In this document: positions 17,545 through 27,400 of the stretch, one piece after another
Layout: the number at the start of each line of letters is the position of its first letter
How positions within the stretch are numbered: position 1 is the stretch's first letter
Assembly: GCA_963662665.2 (NCBI GenBank)
Contig: CAXXJS010000017.1
Span: 25,556 to 89,555, forward strand
DNA: 64,000 nt
Direction of reading: 5' to 3'
Source of the DNA: Candidatus Latescibacterota bacterium
GTDB lineage: Bacteria > Latescibacterota > UBA2968 > GCA-2709665
Notes under the pieces: generated by a model
Seen by the model: only the letters and a program-made list of their open reading frames with translations
Databases searched by the model: none
What the model was told of the DNA's origin: nothing
Translations under genes and position numbers: made by a program

Positions 17545-19809
17545 ATGTCTGCATTGCAGTACGCGACAACCCGGCAGGAACGCCGTAACCGGACGCTGCT
17601 GGACGGTTCGCGATATCTGTCCGACGTCGTCACGTCCCAGGTCCTCCCGTTTCATATCGACGTCCGCCGTACCGATGCACTAACCGAAGGGCAAGTCAAT
17701 ACGCTTACCGCGCTTCAGATCGACGCCGCCCGCACCGCCGTTCGCTCCCTGGCGTCTCTGGCCGGAATCGGCGAAGCGGATCACCTGGGCGGCGGTATCG
17801 GCCTGATACCCCCGCTGCTGCTCACCCTTGCGATTGTCGACTTCGAACGCATCGAGTATACAATAGAACACGCCCACACCAGCATCGGATACTATGCGGC
17901 GCTTTCCGCCATGGGTTTTGTAAACCCCGAACACGTGGTTGCCGGCTTTCGCCGCGGCCTCGACCTTCCCGGCCATGTTTCCTGGCTGCCGGGCGGTACG
18001 CAGATGAACGGCGGCCGCCTGGGCGTGATGATTCCCGTTGCGGTTGGCAACGCGCTGGGCAAACGCGGCGCGTACGGCGACGGGTGCTGGGTGGTGGCCC
18101 ACTGCGGCGACGCCGGGTGGATATCGGGCCAGGCGCTCAACGGCTTCAACGCGGCGCACGTTCACGGGGCGCCCGTCACGTTCGTGATGGACCGGAACGG
18201 CATCCAGCTCTCGGGCAGCACCAAAAGCATTCTGGACAAAGATCCCCGTTCCATCGTCGCGGCCATGGGTGTCGAGGTCCTGGAAATCCCAACGCTGCTG
18301 GATCCCGCCGGTCTGTACAGGGGGTACCGGGAAGCGTACGCCCTGGCGCAGGAAGGCCGCCCCTGTATGATATATCCCGTGGGCTTCCGGTCCGGGAACG
18401 GCAAACGGATCGACCTGGCGCGTTTCGGCGAATACCACGGCATTCTCCAGGAGGTTAAAGCCTTCGCCGGCCGGCACGACGTGCCTCTGGATCACGAGAT
18501 CTGGGTCCCCGGATCGCTGATGAGTTATAGAGACGTGGAACCCATGCTTGAGTGTCTCTTCCTTGTGAACGATCTCCCCGGCGGCGCGGGCCATCACGAC
18601 GGGGGCATGAAGGGCCGAAACGAAGCCGACGTGCTCGCCAGTCCCATGTTCCGGGCCTCGCCCGTCCAGGAGGAAGCGCTTGAGAACCTGAAGTCGCAGC
18701 CGGCCCGCAGGGTTGAAACCCGCGCCCGACCGGCACCGGGAAGCCCGAACCTGGTTCTGCCCGACGGCGCGGTGGAGAGCGTCTCGCTGCCCGGACCGGG
18801 TGAGATGAAGAGCGCCCGCGACGGTTCGGAAGCCGGTTACGCGCTGGTGGCCGAAGCCTTTCCCGACCAGGTCTTCGTGGTCAGTTGCGACCTGGACGCC
18901 TCCACCAAACTGGCAAAGGCACGGAGCTACCTGGCACAAAACCATCAGTTCGAGATCAGCATCGAAGAACAGGCCGCTACCCTCATCGCCAACGGCCTGG
19001 CCACGAGTACGCGGAAACCGCAGCTGAACGTGGTGTCCACCTTCGCGGCGTTCTTCGAAGGTATTGCCCGCGAGGGCTTTGACATGTGGCAGTATCAGCG
19101 CAACCTGACGGGCGTGAACGAAGGCCTGAACGTGGCTTTCCATCTCTCACACGTCGGCGCGTGTACGGGCCGTGACCACTTCTCCGGCTGGGGCCTGGAC
19201 TGGATCAACGTGGGCCTCAGCTACCTTCCGTACCTGCACCGGTTCTACGCCCCGGCCGACGCACGGTCGGCCTTTCTCGCCGTGATCGACGTGGCCGCCA
19301 GCTATGGCGGGCACATCATCGGTATCCCGCGGGACAACCTGCCCGTACTCGAGAAGCAGGACGGCTCCGGCCCTCTCTGGGCGCAGGATGAGAAATGGCG
19401 AGCCGTCACACCCTACCGGTCGTATGCCAATGCCAGGCGCGCGATTCTGGCATTCGGCGCGCCGGCCTTCCTGGCTGCCGAGGCCGCGCACCGTCTGGAT
19501 CAACGGGGCGTTGGCGCAGACGTATACATCGTGAACGGACTGCCAGTGCCGAACGGATGCCTGGAATCGTTGATTTCACGATATCCGGAGGGTGTCGTCA
19601 CCATCGAAGACGGCAAGATCGGCACGCCCGAAACCGGCCTCAGGGGGTTTGCGGGGCTGGCGGCCACCGTGGCCGGATCCCGCGATATTGCCCATGCGCA
19701 CGTGGGCCTGACCGATCCGAAAACCGCCCCATCGGACGGGCATATGGAAACCTGGGCGCACTTCGGCATCACCACCGATGCGCTGGTCGATGCGGTCGCA
19801 GGTCTGTAA
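17545..19809 (+). CDS. Divergent transketolase-like TPP enzyme (single chain)
   Basis: DHLGG, EHAH, LPGH, TPP motif GDAG-x~26-N (MDRN), CDLDAST, ISIEEQ, STFAAF, GRDH, VVTIED. Confidence 0.8.
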   Translation: MSALQYATTRQERRNRTLLDGSRYLSDVVTSQVLPFHIDVRRTDALTEGQVNTLTALQIDAARTAVRSLASLAGIGEADHLGGGIGLIPPLLLTLAIVDFERIEYTIEHAHTSIGYYAALSAMGFVNPEHVVAGFRRGLDLPGHVSWLPGGTQMNGGRLGVMIPVAVGNALGKRGAYGDGCWVVAHCGDAGWISGQALNGFNAAHVHGAPVTFVMDRNGIQLSGSTKSILDKDPRSIVAAMGVEVLEIPTLLDPAGLYRGYREAYALAQEGRPCMIYPVGFRSGNGKRIDLARFGEYHGILQEVKAFAGRHDVPLDHEIWVPGSLMSYRDVEPMLECLFLVNDLPGGAGHHDGGMKGRNEADVLASPMFRASPVQEEALENLKSQPARRVETRARPAPGSPNLVLPDGAVESVSLPGPGEMKSARDGSEAGYALVAEAFPDQVFVVSCDLDASTKLAKARSYLAQNHQFEISIEEQAATLIANGLATSTRKPQLNVVSTFAAFFEGIAREGFDMWQYQRNLTGVNEGLNVAFHLSHVGACTGRDHFSGWGLDWINVGLSYLPYLHRFYAPADARSAFLAVIDVAASYGGHIIGIPRDNLPVLEKQDGSGPLWAQDEKWRAVTPYRSYANARRAILAFGAPAFLAAEAAHRLDQRGVGADVYIVNGLPVPNGCLESLISRYPEGVVTIEDGKIGTPETGLRGFAGLAATVAGSRDIAHAHVGLTDPKTAPSDGHMETWAHFGITTDALVDAVAGL

Positions 19810-20008
19810 GGAGGAACTGCAAGAATCGGGAAAGGGACTACGGAAGGAAGGTAAATCAAACGGTGACGGCCGTTGGACGGCCCCCGTATTTATACCGGCA
19901 GGTGAGAAAAAGATCTGATTCTGAGTGTGTGATCGCCTGCGCTCGGGCGCCTTGCGAGCCGGGCGACTCGGCGGCTGAATTCAGGCAACTTATTTCTGGG
20001 ACAGAACA

Positions 20009-21337
20009 CTAGAATATTCTGTAACTCAGCCCCATATTGAAACTCTGCCTGGAATCTTCCCCTCGAACAACGCGAAAGGATTCAGAGAGCGTCATATTGA
20101 ACTTGTTTTCAATATAAAAGCTGAGCGCAAAAGAAATATTCGAACTTAACTGGGCCTCGTCGTCTTGCCGTTTCTGCGCACGGATTATTTTCAGTGTCGT
20201 GAACCTGATCCTGTTCGTTACCTCGTAGATGAAATCCGTCCTCAGGCGCAGATGGTACCCCCTTCCAAAGGCACTTGAAAAAGGCGTATCGTAGCTGAAG
20301 TCGGTGTTGATCTGCGTGCTCCAGCTGATCGGGTGGGAATACCGCAGACCGATCAGCAGACCGGGCGGCCGCCGGTCCTGGTCCCTGTATGGATTCAACA
20401 TGTGAAACTGCACGCCGGTGGTAATATCCCAACCGTAGAATCTCTTGCTGATCTGCTCCTGGGTCAGCACTTCCTGTATCCGCACCAGGCCGAATCCGAT
20501 CTCGTCTCCCAGAACCCTCCGCGACTTCCTGATTTCCGCCAGCATGTCTTCGAACCAGTAGTTCTGATACCGGTCTCCATGCTGTTCCTTGTACTCGCGT
20601 TCCCTGTCTATGATGTGCGCCAGTTCAATCATCGTTTCCTTTGAGAAATGATCGCCGATGATGCCTTCCTCCAGAAAGAAATCCTCGATCCTCACGGCTT
20701 TTCGAAGCGCGGTCGCGTCAATAAAGCGTCCGTGCCCGAAGCCCAGCGTCATTTCGATATTCGGTCGATCGTATCCGGTATCGAAGTCGGATTCCGTGCC
20801 CCACGAATAGAAAAAGCTGCCTTCATGCCGGTGGTACTTCTTCACGTTCGTCTTCACCTGGGTCAGGGCGTCGCTCTCGATTTCCTTGTTGATGATATTT
20901 TTCCTGAACAGACCCTCACCAGTGGCGTCTACGGAGTAGGCATACGGAAGCGACTCGTAGAACTTCTTGTAGACAACGGTCATGTTTCCATTCTGAACAA
21001 CGGTCTCGTCACCCTGGGTTGCGTAGTTGAAGCTGAGCGCGTCGACGCGGAGGTTGTGCGCCCGGCTGACGGGTACCACGTAATCGGTAATGGACACGTT
21101 CTGGGCCGCAGCCGGTGAAACCGTCAGCAAAACGACCGCGGCGGGCCTTGCAAGCAGTATCCGCAGCAGAAAATGCAAATATCCGGGCAGAGCAAGGAGA
21201 TTGTGCGGCAGTCCCCGGCTTTGCGGATACACCCGGCCTGCGTTGTACGTTTCCGCGGAACCGAATCCCGGCCTGTGCGCCCGTTCCGTGAATGTCTTCA
21301 GGATCTGATCCCGCCTCACTCCTGTGTTGCCTGTCAT
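20009..21337 (-). CDS. Putative outer-membrane beta-barrel protein (start uncertain)
   Basis: Signal-like AAVVLLTVSPAAA|QNV, amphipathic strands rich in Y/F, C-terminal FNMGLSYRIF (BAM-type signal). Confidence 0.6.
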   Translation of the reverse strand: MTGNTGVRRDQILKTFTERAHRPGFGSAETYNAGRVYPQSRGLPHNLLALPGYLHFLLRILLARPAAVVLLTVSPAAAQNVSITDYVVPVSRAHNLRVDALSFNYATQGDETVVQNGNMTVVYKKFYESLPYAYSVDATGEGLFRKNIINKEIESDALTQVKTNVKKYHRHEGSFFYSWGTESDFDTGYDRPNIEMTLGFGHGRFIDATALRKAVRIEDFFLEEGIIGDHFSKETMIELAHIIDREREYKEQHGDRYQNYWFEDMLAEIRKSRRVLGDEIGFGLVRIQEVLTQEQISKRFYGWDITTGVQFHMLNPYRDQDRRPPGLLIGLRYSHPISWSTQINTDFSYDTPFSSAFGRGYHLRLRTDFIYEVTNRIRFTTLKIIRAQKRQDDEAQLSSNISFALSFYIENKFNMTLSESFRVVRGEDSRQSFNMGLSYRIF

Positions 21338-21351
21338 TGTTCGGTCCCCCT

Positions 21352-22107
21352 TTATTGGTCCGGGGCGTCTGCCCCGGAATCCATATCCGGTGAATCCGGT
21401 CGCTCCTTCAAGAATGAAATATCGTCGTAATCGGCTTTTACGTGCGCGTGTGTGTTATCCGAGTCCGTTAACACGGCAACGGCGCCGACGAGTCGGGGAT
21501 CGCTGCCGAAAAGGCGTTTGTAGTCTTCATAGGCGTTGACTTCCTCCCAGATCCATTCGCCCAACTTTCCTCTGCCGGATTCCAGGACGATCACTTTGGT
21601 ATTTTCACTGTGCGGGCTTTCCGTCTCCGTACCCTCCGGCAGCGACGCGCTCCAGACGTACTTCAGTGTTTTTGGGATATATCGGCCCTTGAAAACCAGC
21701 CGCACAGCCGCCGCGCTGTCGTTTGTCTTCTTGCGGGTCTCGTTACCGCCGGCCGGGAGGCTGTGCACCCGCCACCGCCACCTCAGCTTCTCGAAGACAC
21801 GGAGGTTGATTTTTACGGGGAGTCCCGCGTTCGTGGCCTTGCCGACGGTTTCGGCCCTCAGGAAATGGTCGCCGTCCTCTGCCTGAATCGTATAGTAGAG
21901 ATCCTCTTTCTTCCTTGTTTTCTTCTGGCGCCAGCCCACCCTCGCTTCCCAGTTCCCGGGAAACCGCCCGAGCTGATCGGGGTACTCGAATCGTTCCAGA
22001 ACGAGGATCGAATCTCCCGAAGGCGTATAGAAACCCGGGGGCGGGTCGCCTGCATATGCCGTGGATCCGATCAGTAATCCAAGGAAGATTTTATGGACGC
22101 GTCTCAT
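21352..22107 (-). CDS. DUF3047 family secreted protein
   Basis: Signal peptide; LRWRWRV..LP, DSAAAV, LKYVWS, W.WEEVN..EDYKRLFG, AVLTDSDNT..Y.DI. Confidence 0.8.
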   Translation of the reverse strand: MRRVHKIFLGLLIGSTAYAGDPPPGFYTPSGDSILVLERFEYPDQLGRFPGNWEARVGWRQKKTRKKEDLYYTIQAEDGDHFLRAETVGKATNAGLPVKINLRVFEKLRWRWRVHSLPAGGNETRKKTNDSAAAVRLVFKGRYIPKTLKYVWSASLPEGTETESPHSENTKVIVLESGRGKLGEWIWEEVNAYEDYKRLFGSDPRLVGAVAVLTDSDNTHAHVKADYDDISFLKERPDSPDMDSGADAPDQ

Positions 22108-22389
22108 AGGAAATTGGGCTGATTCCACTGCACGGAACGCCGCGGAACCGGCAAATCCCCGTCGAATTCGTGGTCGATCCGGGCCAACCGGTTGGTACCC
22201 GCCGCGTATTCCGAAAATATAGGAAATAGACTCTTCATGGTGTACAAAAAAGCCCGAAACAACTGCCGCCTGCCGGTATCCCGCCCTTCGCGCCAGGGGT
22301 CGCACGATAATGGCAAAGTAAACCGCCACGGAATCCGTTTCCGTGGCGGCGATAATACCCATATTCACCACAAAGCGTCCGCTTATGCG

Positions 22390-23547
22390 CTAAGTGCCGA
22401 ATTCCCGTGCAAACCGGACGAAATCGCCAAACCCGATGCGCCCGTCTCCGTCCAGGTCGAATCGATCCTCGAAATCCACGTCCCCGGCCTCGGAGCCGAA
22501 GGCCTTTGCGAAAATCAGAAAGTCACTGAAATCCACCTGCCCGCTGCCGTCGAAATCCGCTGATCTCCCCTGGACACTGACGCTCGCAACGGGCAGAATT
22601 CCTTCGCCATAGTTCCATCCCGTCCCCCAGGCCACCGACTTCGCCGCCGCGTCCACCGATCCGACGTGATACCACAAATCAAGACTGTTATACCCCTCAT
22701 GTACCTCCATAACGATTCCGTTGTCCAGCGCGACGTTGGGTGCGATGCCCCGGTCGAACCTTGTCGCGTCTCCCCATTCAACAATCCTGCGCGCCGCATC
22801 CAGGACGCCAACGTTATACCATAGACGCAGTCCGTCGATGGACTCATGCATCTCCACCACCACGCCATCATCCATATCTACGGAGGGCGTCTGTCCGCCG
22901 TCGTATTCCTGCGAGGCGCCCCATGCGATTGACATTGCCGTGGTGTCCACAATACCCACGGTGTACCAGAGACGATCGCCCTCTTCGGACTGGTGGACTT
23001 CCATAACCACGCCATCCGAAAGCGCTACCGACGGGAACCGCCCACCGTCGTACTTCTCCGAATCTCCCCAGACTATGGAATCGGCCGCGGTATCCACGAT
23101 GCCCACGTGGTACCAGAGATTCGTGCCGATATGAGACTGATGCACCTCCACGACGACCCTGCCGTCCAGCGCGACCATGGGAAACTTACCCGCGTCGTAC
23201 CTCGTCCCCTCGCCCCACAGGATGGCCTTTGTCCCCGTGTCGACCTCGCCCACCTTGTACCACAGATTCGTACCGACGTGAGACTGGTGGACCTCGACGA
23301 CAAGCCTTCCATCCACCGCGACGGAAGGGGCCTGACCGTCGTCGTGCGCCCCAACGTCACCCCAGTCGACCGTACGCGTTTCCGCGTCGATCACGCCAAC
23401 TCGGTACCGCAGTTCCGCCTCTTCTTCCTCCTGGTGCATCTCCACGACAACGTCGGCCGCCGGAATCGAAATCCACCGAAGGAACGTACACAGAAAGATC
23501 GTGAATCGAACGATTCGCATAACGTCTCGTTTCGCGAAATATATCAT
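22390..23547 (-). CDS. Secreted tandem-repeat (probable beta-propeller) protein with C-terminal dockerin/EF-hand pair
   Basis: About six to seven ~47-aa repeats (YD.G..P.VALD...VVEVHQS....LWY.VG.VD......WG), then DFDGSGQVDFSDF...DLDGDGRIGFGDF. Confidence 0.8.
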   Translation of the reverse strand: MIYFAKRDVMRIVRFTIFLCTFLRWISIPAADVVVEMHQEEEEAELRYRVGVIDAETRTVDWGDVGAHDDGQAPSVAVDGRLVVEVHQSHVGTNLWYKVGEVDTGTKAILWGEGTRYDAGKFPMVALDGRVVVEVHQSHIGTNLWYHVGIVDTAADSIVWGDSEKYDGGRFPSVALSDGVVMEVHQSEEGDRLWYTVGIVDTTAMSIAWGASQEYDGGQTPSVDMDDGVVVEMHESIDGLRLWYNVGVLDAARRIVEWGDATRFDRGIAPNVALDNGIVMEVHEGYNSLDLWYHVGSVDAAAKSVAWGTGWNYGEGILPVASVSVQGRSADFDGSGQVDFSDFLIFAKAFGSEAGDVDFEDRFDLDGDGRIGFGDFVRFAREFGT

Positions 23548-23608
23548 CCCGTGGCGATCAGCAGTGCCGTATGGATTGCCGACCCGCGGCCGGACGGAAA
23601 CCGGGCGC

Positions 23609-24364
23609 CTATTTGAGGCATAACCCGCCGTCCACTTTCAGAATCGTCCCCGTAATGTAATCCGCGGCGCCGGAACACAGAAACGTTGCCGCTTTTCCGA
23701 GGTCCTCGATGGTGGCCAGCCTGCCCCACGGCATGCCCCTGGCCGCCTCCCTGATCTGCTCGTTTGTGGCGAATTGCCGTTCCCCCGGCGTGTCGGTGTA
23801 ACCGGGTTCGATCACGTTCGCGCGGATACGATGGGGCGCCAGTTCGGCGGCGATGGTCCGGCACATCTGGTTGATGCCCGCTTTGGCCGTATTGTACGGC
23901 ATGGACGTGGGCATCGGTACGTGCGCCAGGACGGAACTGATGAACAGGATGCTGCCCCCGCCGCCCTGTTCCACCATCTGCCGGGCGCCGGCCTGGGCCG
24001 TGTGGAAACTGCCCCACAGACAGACCGCCCACGTCCGGCGCACCGCCTGCACCGACAGTTCCAGAAAGGGCTCGCGTTTGCTGTAATATGCATTGGCCAC
24101 CACGGTGTCCAGACGGCCGAAGCGGCTAACGGTTGCGTCGACCATCCGGTCTACAGCCGTCCGATCCGACACGTCGGCCTGAACGACAATCGCTTCCCGT
24201 CCCAGTTCGCGGACCTCGTTCGCGACGGATTCCGCATCTTCCGGATGCGAATGGTAGTTTACCGCGACGTCCGATCCGGCGCGGGCCATCTCCACTGCAC
24301 ATCCACGTCCGATGCCCCGGGAGGACCCGGTTACCAGCGCCACCTTACCTGTCATGTCAACCAT
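23609..24364 (-). CDS. Short-chain dehydrogenase/reductase
   Basis: TGSSRGIG, VANA, YNTAK, EPGYTDT, VDGG. Confidence 0.93.
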   Translation of the reverse strand: MVDMTGKVALVTGSSRGIGRGCAVEMARAGSDVAVNYHSHPEDAESVANEVRELGREAIVVQADVSDRTAVDRMVDATVSRFGRLDTVVANAYYSKREPFLELSVQAVRRTWAVCLWGSFHTAQAGARQMVEQGGGGSILFISSVLAHVPMPTSMPYNTAKAGINQMCRTIAAELAPHRIRANVIEPGYTDTPGERQFATNEQIREAARGMPWGRLATIEDLGKAATFLCSGAADYITGTILKVDGGLCLK

Positions 24365-24454
24365 AGGGAACCTTCCTGTTCTATATAGCCGGGAGTCCGG
24401 GATCCGGAGGAACGCCGGTACCCACCTTGATTCGTTGTATTCTTGGGATTGAGG

Positions 24455-27400
24455 CTAATCGTCATTCGAACGGCCGGATTCCCCCGCGCCGGCGCGAACG
24501 GGTTGGGCGTGCGTACTCCCCGTGGCAGGCTTCGCCTGCTGGTACCGCGCTTTCTGGCGGCGGGCTTCCCTGTGTGTTTCCCGATAGCGATCCGGAATGA
24601 CCAATTCGTCGCCGTGGTCGGGCGCGTGGGGCGAAACCTTCCAGAATTTGGGCAGAAACCTGTCCCATCGGGCGATAATGGCGCTCGCCCGGCGGCTGTT
24701 GGTTTTTTCGAGGTGCCGTCCGATCATCTTTTTCAGCAGGCCGACGTCGTCCGCATGGTCCACGCGCTCGATGGCGACGAGCTGCGGGTTGAACCGGTTC
24801 TCAAACGATCCCTCTTCGTCCAGCACGTACGCCGTACCGCCCGTCATTCCGGCGCCGAAGTTTCGTCCGGCGCTTCCCAGCACAACCACGACCCCGTCGG
24901 TCATGTACTCGCAGCCGTGGTCGCCAACACCCTCCACAACCGCGTTACCGCCGCTGTTACGCACGCAGAATCTCTCCCCCGCACATCCTGCGGCGTAGAG
25001 CACGCCGCCGGTGGCGCCGTACATGACCGTATTGCCAATGATAGCATTCCTGTGGCTTGGAAACCCGGCGTCGCCCGGCGGTCGGACAATGAGTTCTCCG
25101 CCGTGCATACTCTTGCCAACGTAGTCATTGGCCTCGCCCGTGAGGACCAGCCGGAGCCCGCGTATGCAGAATGCCCCGAAGCTCTGTCCCGCGCTGCCGC
25201 GAAAACGGCATTCTATCGTACTGTCGAGCCCCCGGTCTCCGTAGTGATACGCGATTTCGCCTGCCAGTTTGGCGCCAACCGCGCGCCTCGTGTTCCGAAC
25301 GTCGTAACTCAGCGTAATCGAGCTATTCTCCTTGATCGCGTCCATTGCGTCCTGAAGCAGCAGGTCGTCAATGGATGCATCGGGGCGGTCGTTACGCTCC
25401 CGGGTATGCAGTCTCGGCCTCGTGCCGGCCGGGTCCGGATCGGCCAACAGGTCGCTCAGGTCGATTCCCCGCCACCGGTGTTTCTCCAGGTCGTCCCTGG
25501 CTTCCAGAATCTCTGTCCGGCCGATCAGGCTATCCAGCGACCGGAATCCCAGCCCTGCCACGACCTCACGGATCTCACCGGCCAGGTTGGTAAAATAGCG
25601 GATCACGTTTTCCGGCGAGCCGTTGAATTTTTCCCTCAATTCCGGTTTTTGCGTAGCCACGCCAACCGGACAGGTATTCAGGTGACACTGGCGGGCCATC
25701 ACGCAACCCATGGATACGAGGGCCGCCGTACCGAAGCCATACTCCTCGGCCCCCAGCGCTGCCGCCACCACCACGTCCCTGGCCGTCTTCAAGCCGCCGT
25801 CCACGCGGAGCACCACCCGCCCGCGCAGATCGTTCATTACCAGCGTCTGCTGGACTTCCGCCAGACCCGGTTCCCAGGGTCCGCCCGAGTGTTTGATGGC
25901 GCCCAGGGGCGAGGCGCCGGTTCCGCCGTCGTGCCCGCTGACGTGGACCACGTCCGCGTACCCTTTGACAACGCCCGCCGCGATCGTGCCGATGCCTGCC
26001 ACCGAGACCAGTTTGACGCACACCTTTGCCCGGGGATTCACCCGTTTCAGGTCGTAAATCAGTTGAGCGATGTCTTCGATACTGTAAATGTCGTGATGAG
26101 GGGGCGGTGAAATCAGCGTGACGCCGGGGACGGAGTGCCGGATCAGCGCGATTTCCGCGGAAACCTTGTGCCCCGGTAACTGCCCGCCCTCACCCGGTTT
26201 CGATCCCTGCGCCATCTTGATTTCCAGTTCCTTGGCCGACGCCAGGTATTCGGGCGTAACGCCGAACCTGCCGGACGCCACCTGTTTGATGGCGCTGTTG
26301 GGCCAGTCCCCGTTGGGCAGCCGCCGGTACCGGGCCGGATCTTCCCCGCCCTCTCCGCTGTTGCTCTTGGCGCCAATGCGGTTCAACGCGATGGCGAGCG
26401 TTTCGTGGGCCTCCCGTGAAAGCGCCCCGTGCGACATCGCCGACGACACGAAACGCCGGCAGATGGCTTCAGCCGGCTCCACTTCGTCGAGCGGGACGGA
26501 GCGTCCTTCCCGAAAGGCCATCAGGTCCCTGAGCGAAGCCGCGGGCCGCCCTTCCACGAGGCGCGAATAAGCCCTGAAATCCTTGTAATTCCCGGTTTTG
26601 GCCACGCTGTGGATGGCCTTGAAAACCGGGGGATTGAAGGCGTGGTACTCGCCGTCTCGCCGGAACCGGTATATGCCCGCGTCCTTAATCCTGGGCGAAC
26701 CCTCGTGCTGGAACGCCAGCAGGTGTCTTTCGGCCGCATCCTCTGCAATTTCCGCGAGTCCGATCCCGCCAACCTGGGATACCGTACCCGAGAAATACCG
26801 GTCCACCACGTCCCGATGCAGGCCGACGGCGTCGAAAATCTGCGCGCCGCAGTAGCTGCTCAACGTGGATATGCCCATTTTGCAGATCACCTTGAGGATA
26901 CCCGCCTCCAACGCGTGACGATAGTTGTCCAGTGCTTTCGCGTAGGTGACGTCGCCTTCAAGCCTGCCGGTGCGGATCAGTTCGTACATGCCTTCGTAGG
27001 CCAGATAGGGATTCACGGCGCTGGCGCCGTATCCGATGAGAGCGGCAATTTGGTGAACTTCCCTCGGTTCGCCCGATTCCACGATCAGGCTTGCCTGCAT
27101 CCGCTTTCCTTCGCGGATGAGATGGTGATGTACGGCGCCCACGGCCAGCAGCATCGGGATGGGCGCATGGTTCGAATCCACGCCGCGGTCGCTCAGAACC
27201 AAAAGGGTCTTGCCGGACTCGACCGCGCGGACCGCCTGCCTGCACATTGTGTCCAGCGCGCCGTGCAGGCCCTCGACGCCCTCCGACGGAACGAACAGCG
27301 CGGGCAGCTTTTGGGCTTCGAATCCTGGCAGACCGGAGCTGGAAAGGCGCCGGAATTCAGAATCCAGCAGAACCGGAGAGGGGATGCGGACCAGCCGAGC

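Noticed and set aside
22560-23450. ~140-nt periodic DNA repeats as a CRISPR or other array
   Set aside because: Degenerate, in-frame, and fully explained by protein repeats. No CRISPR array or cas gene was seen in the window.
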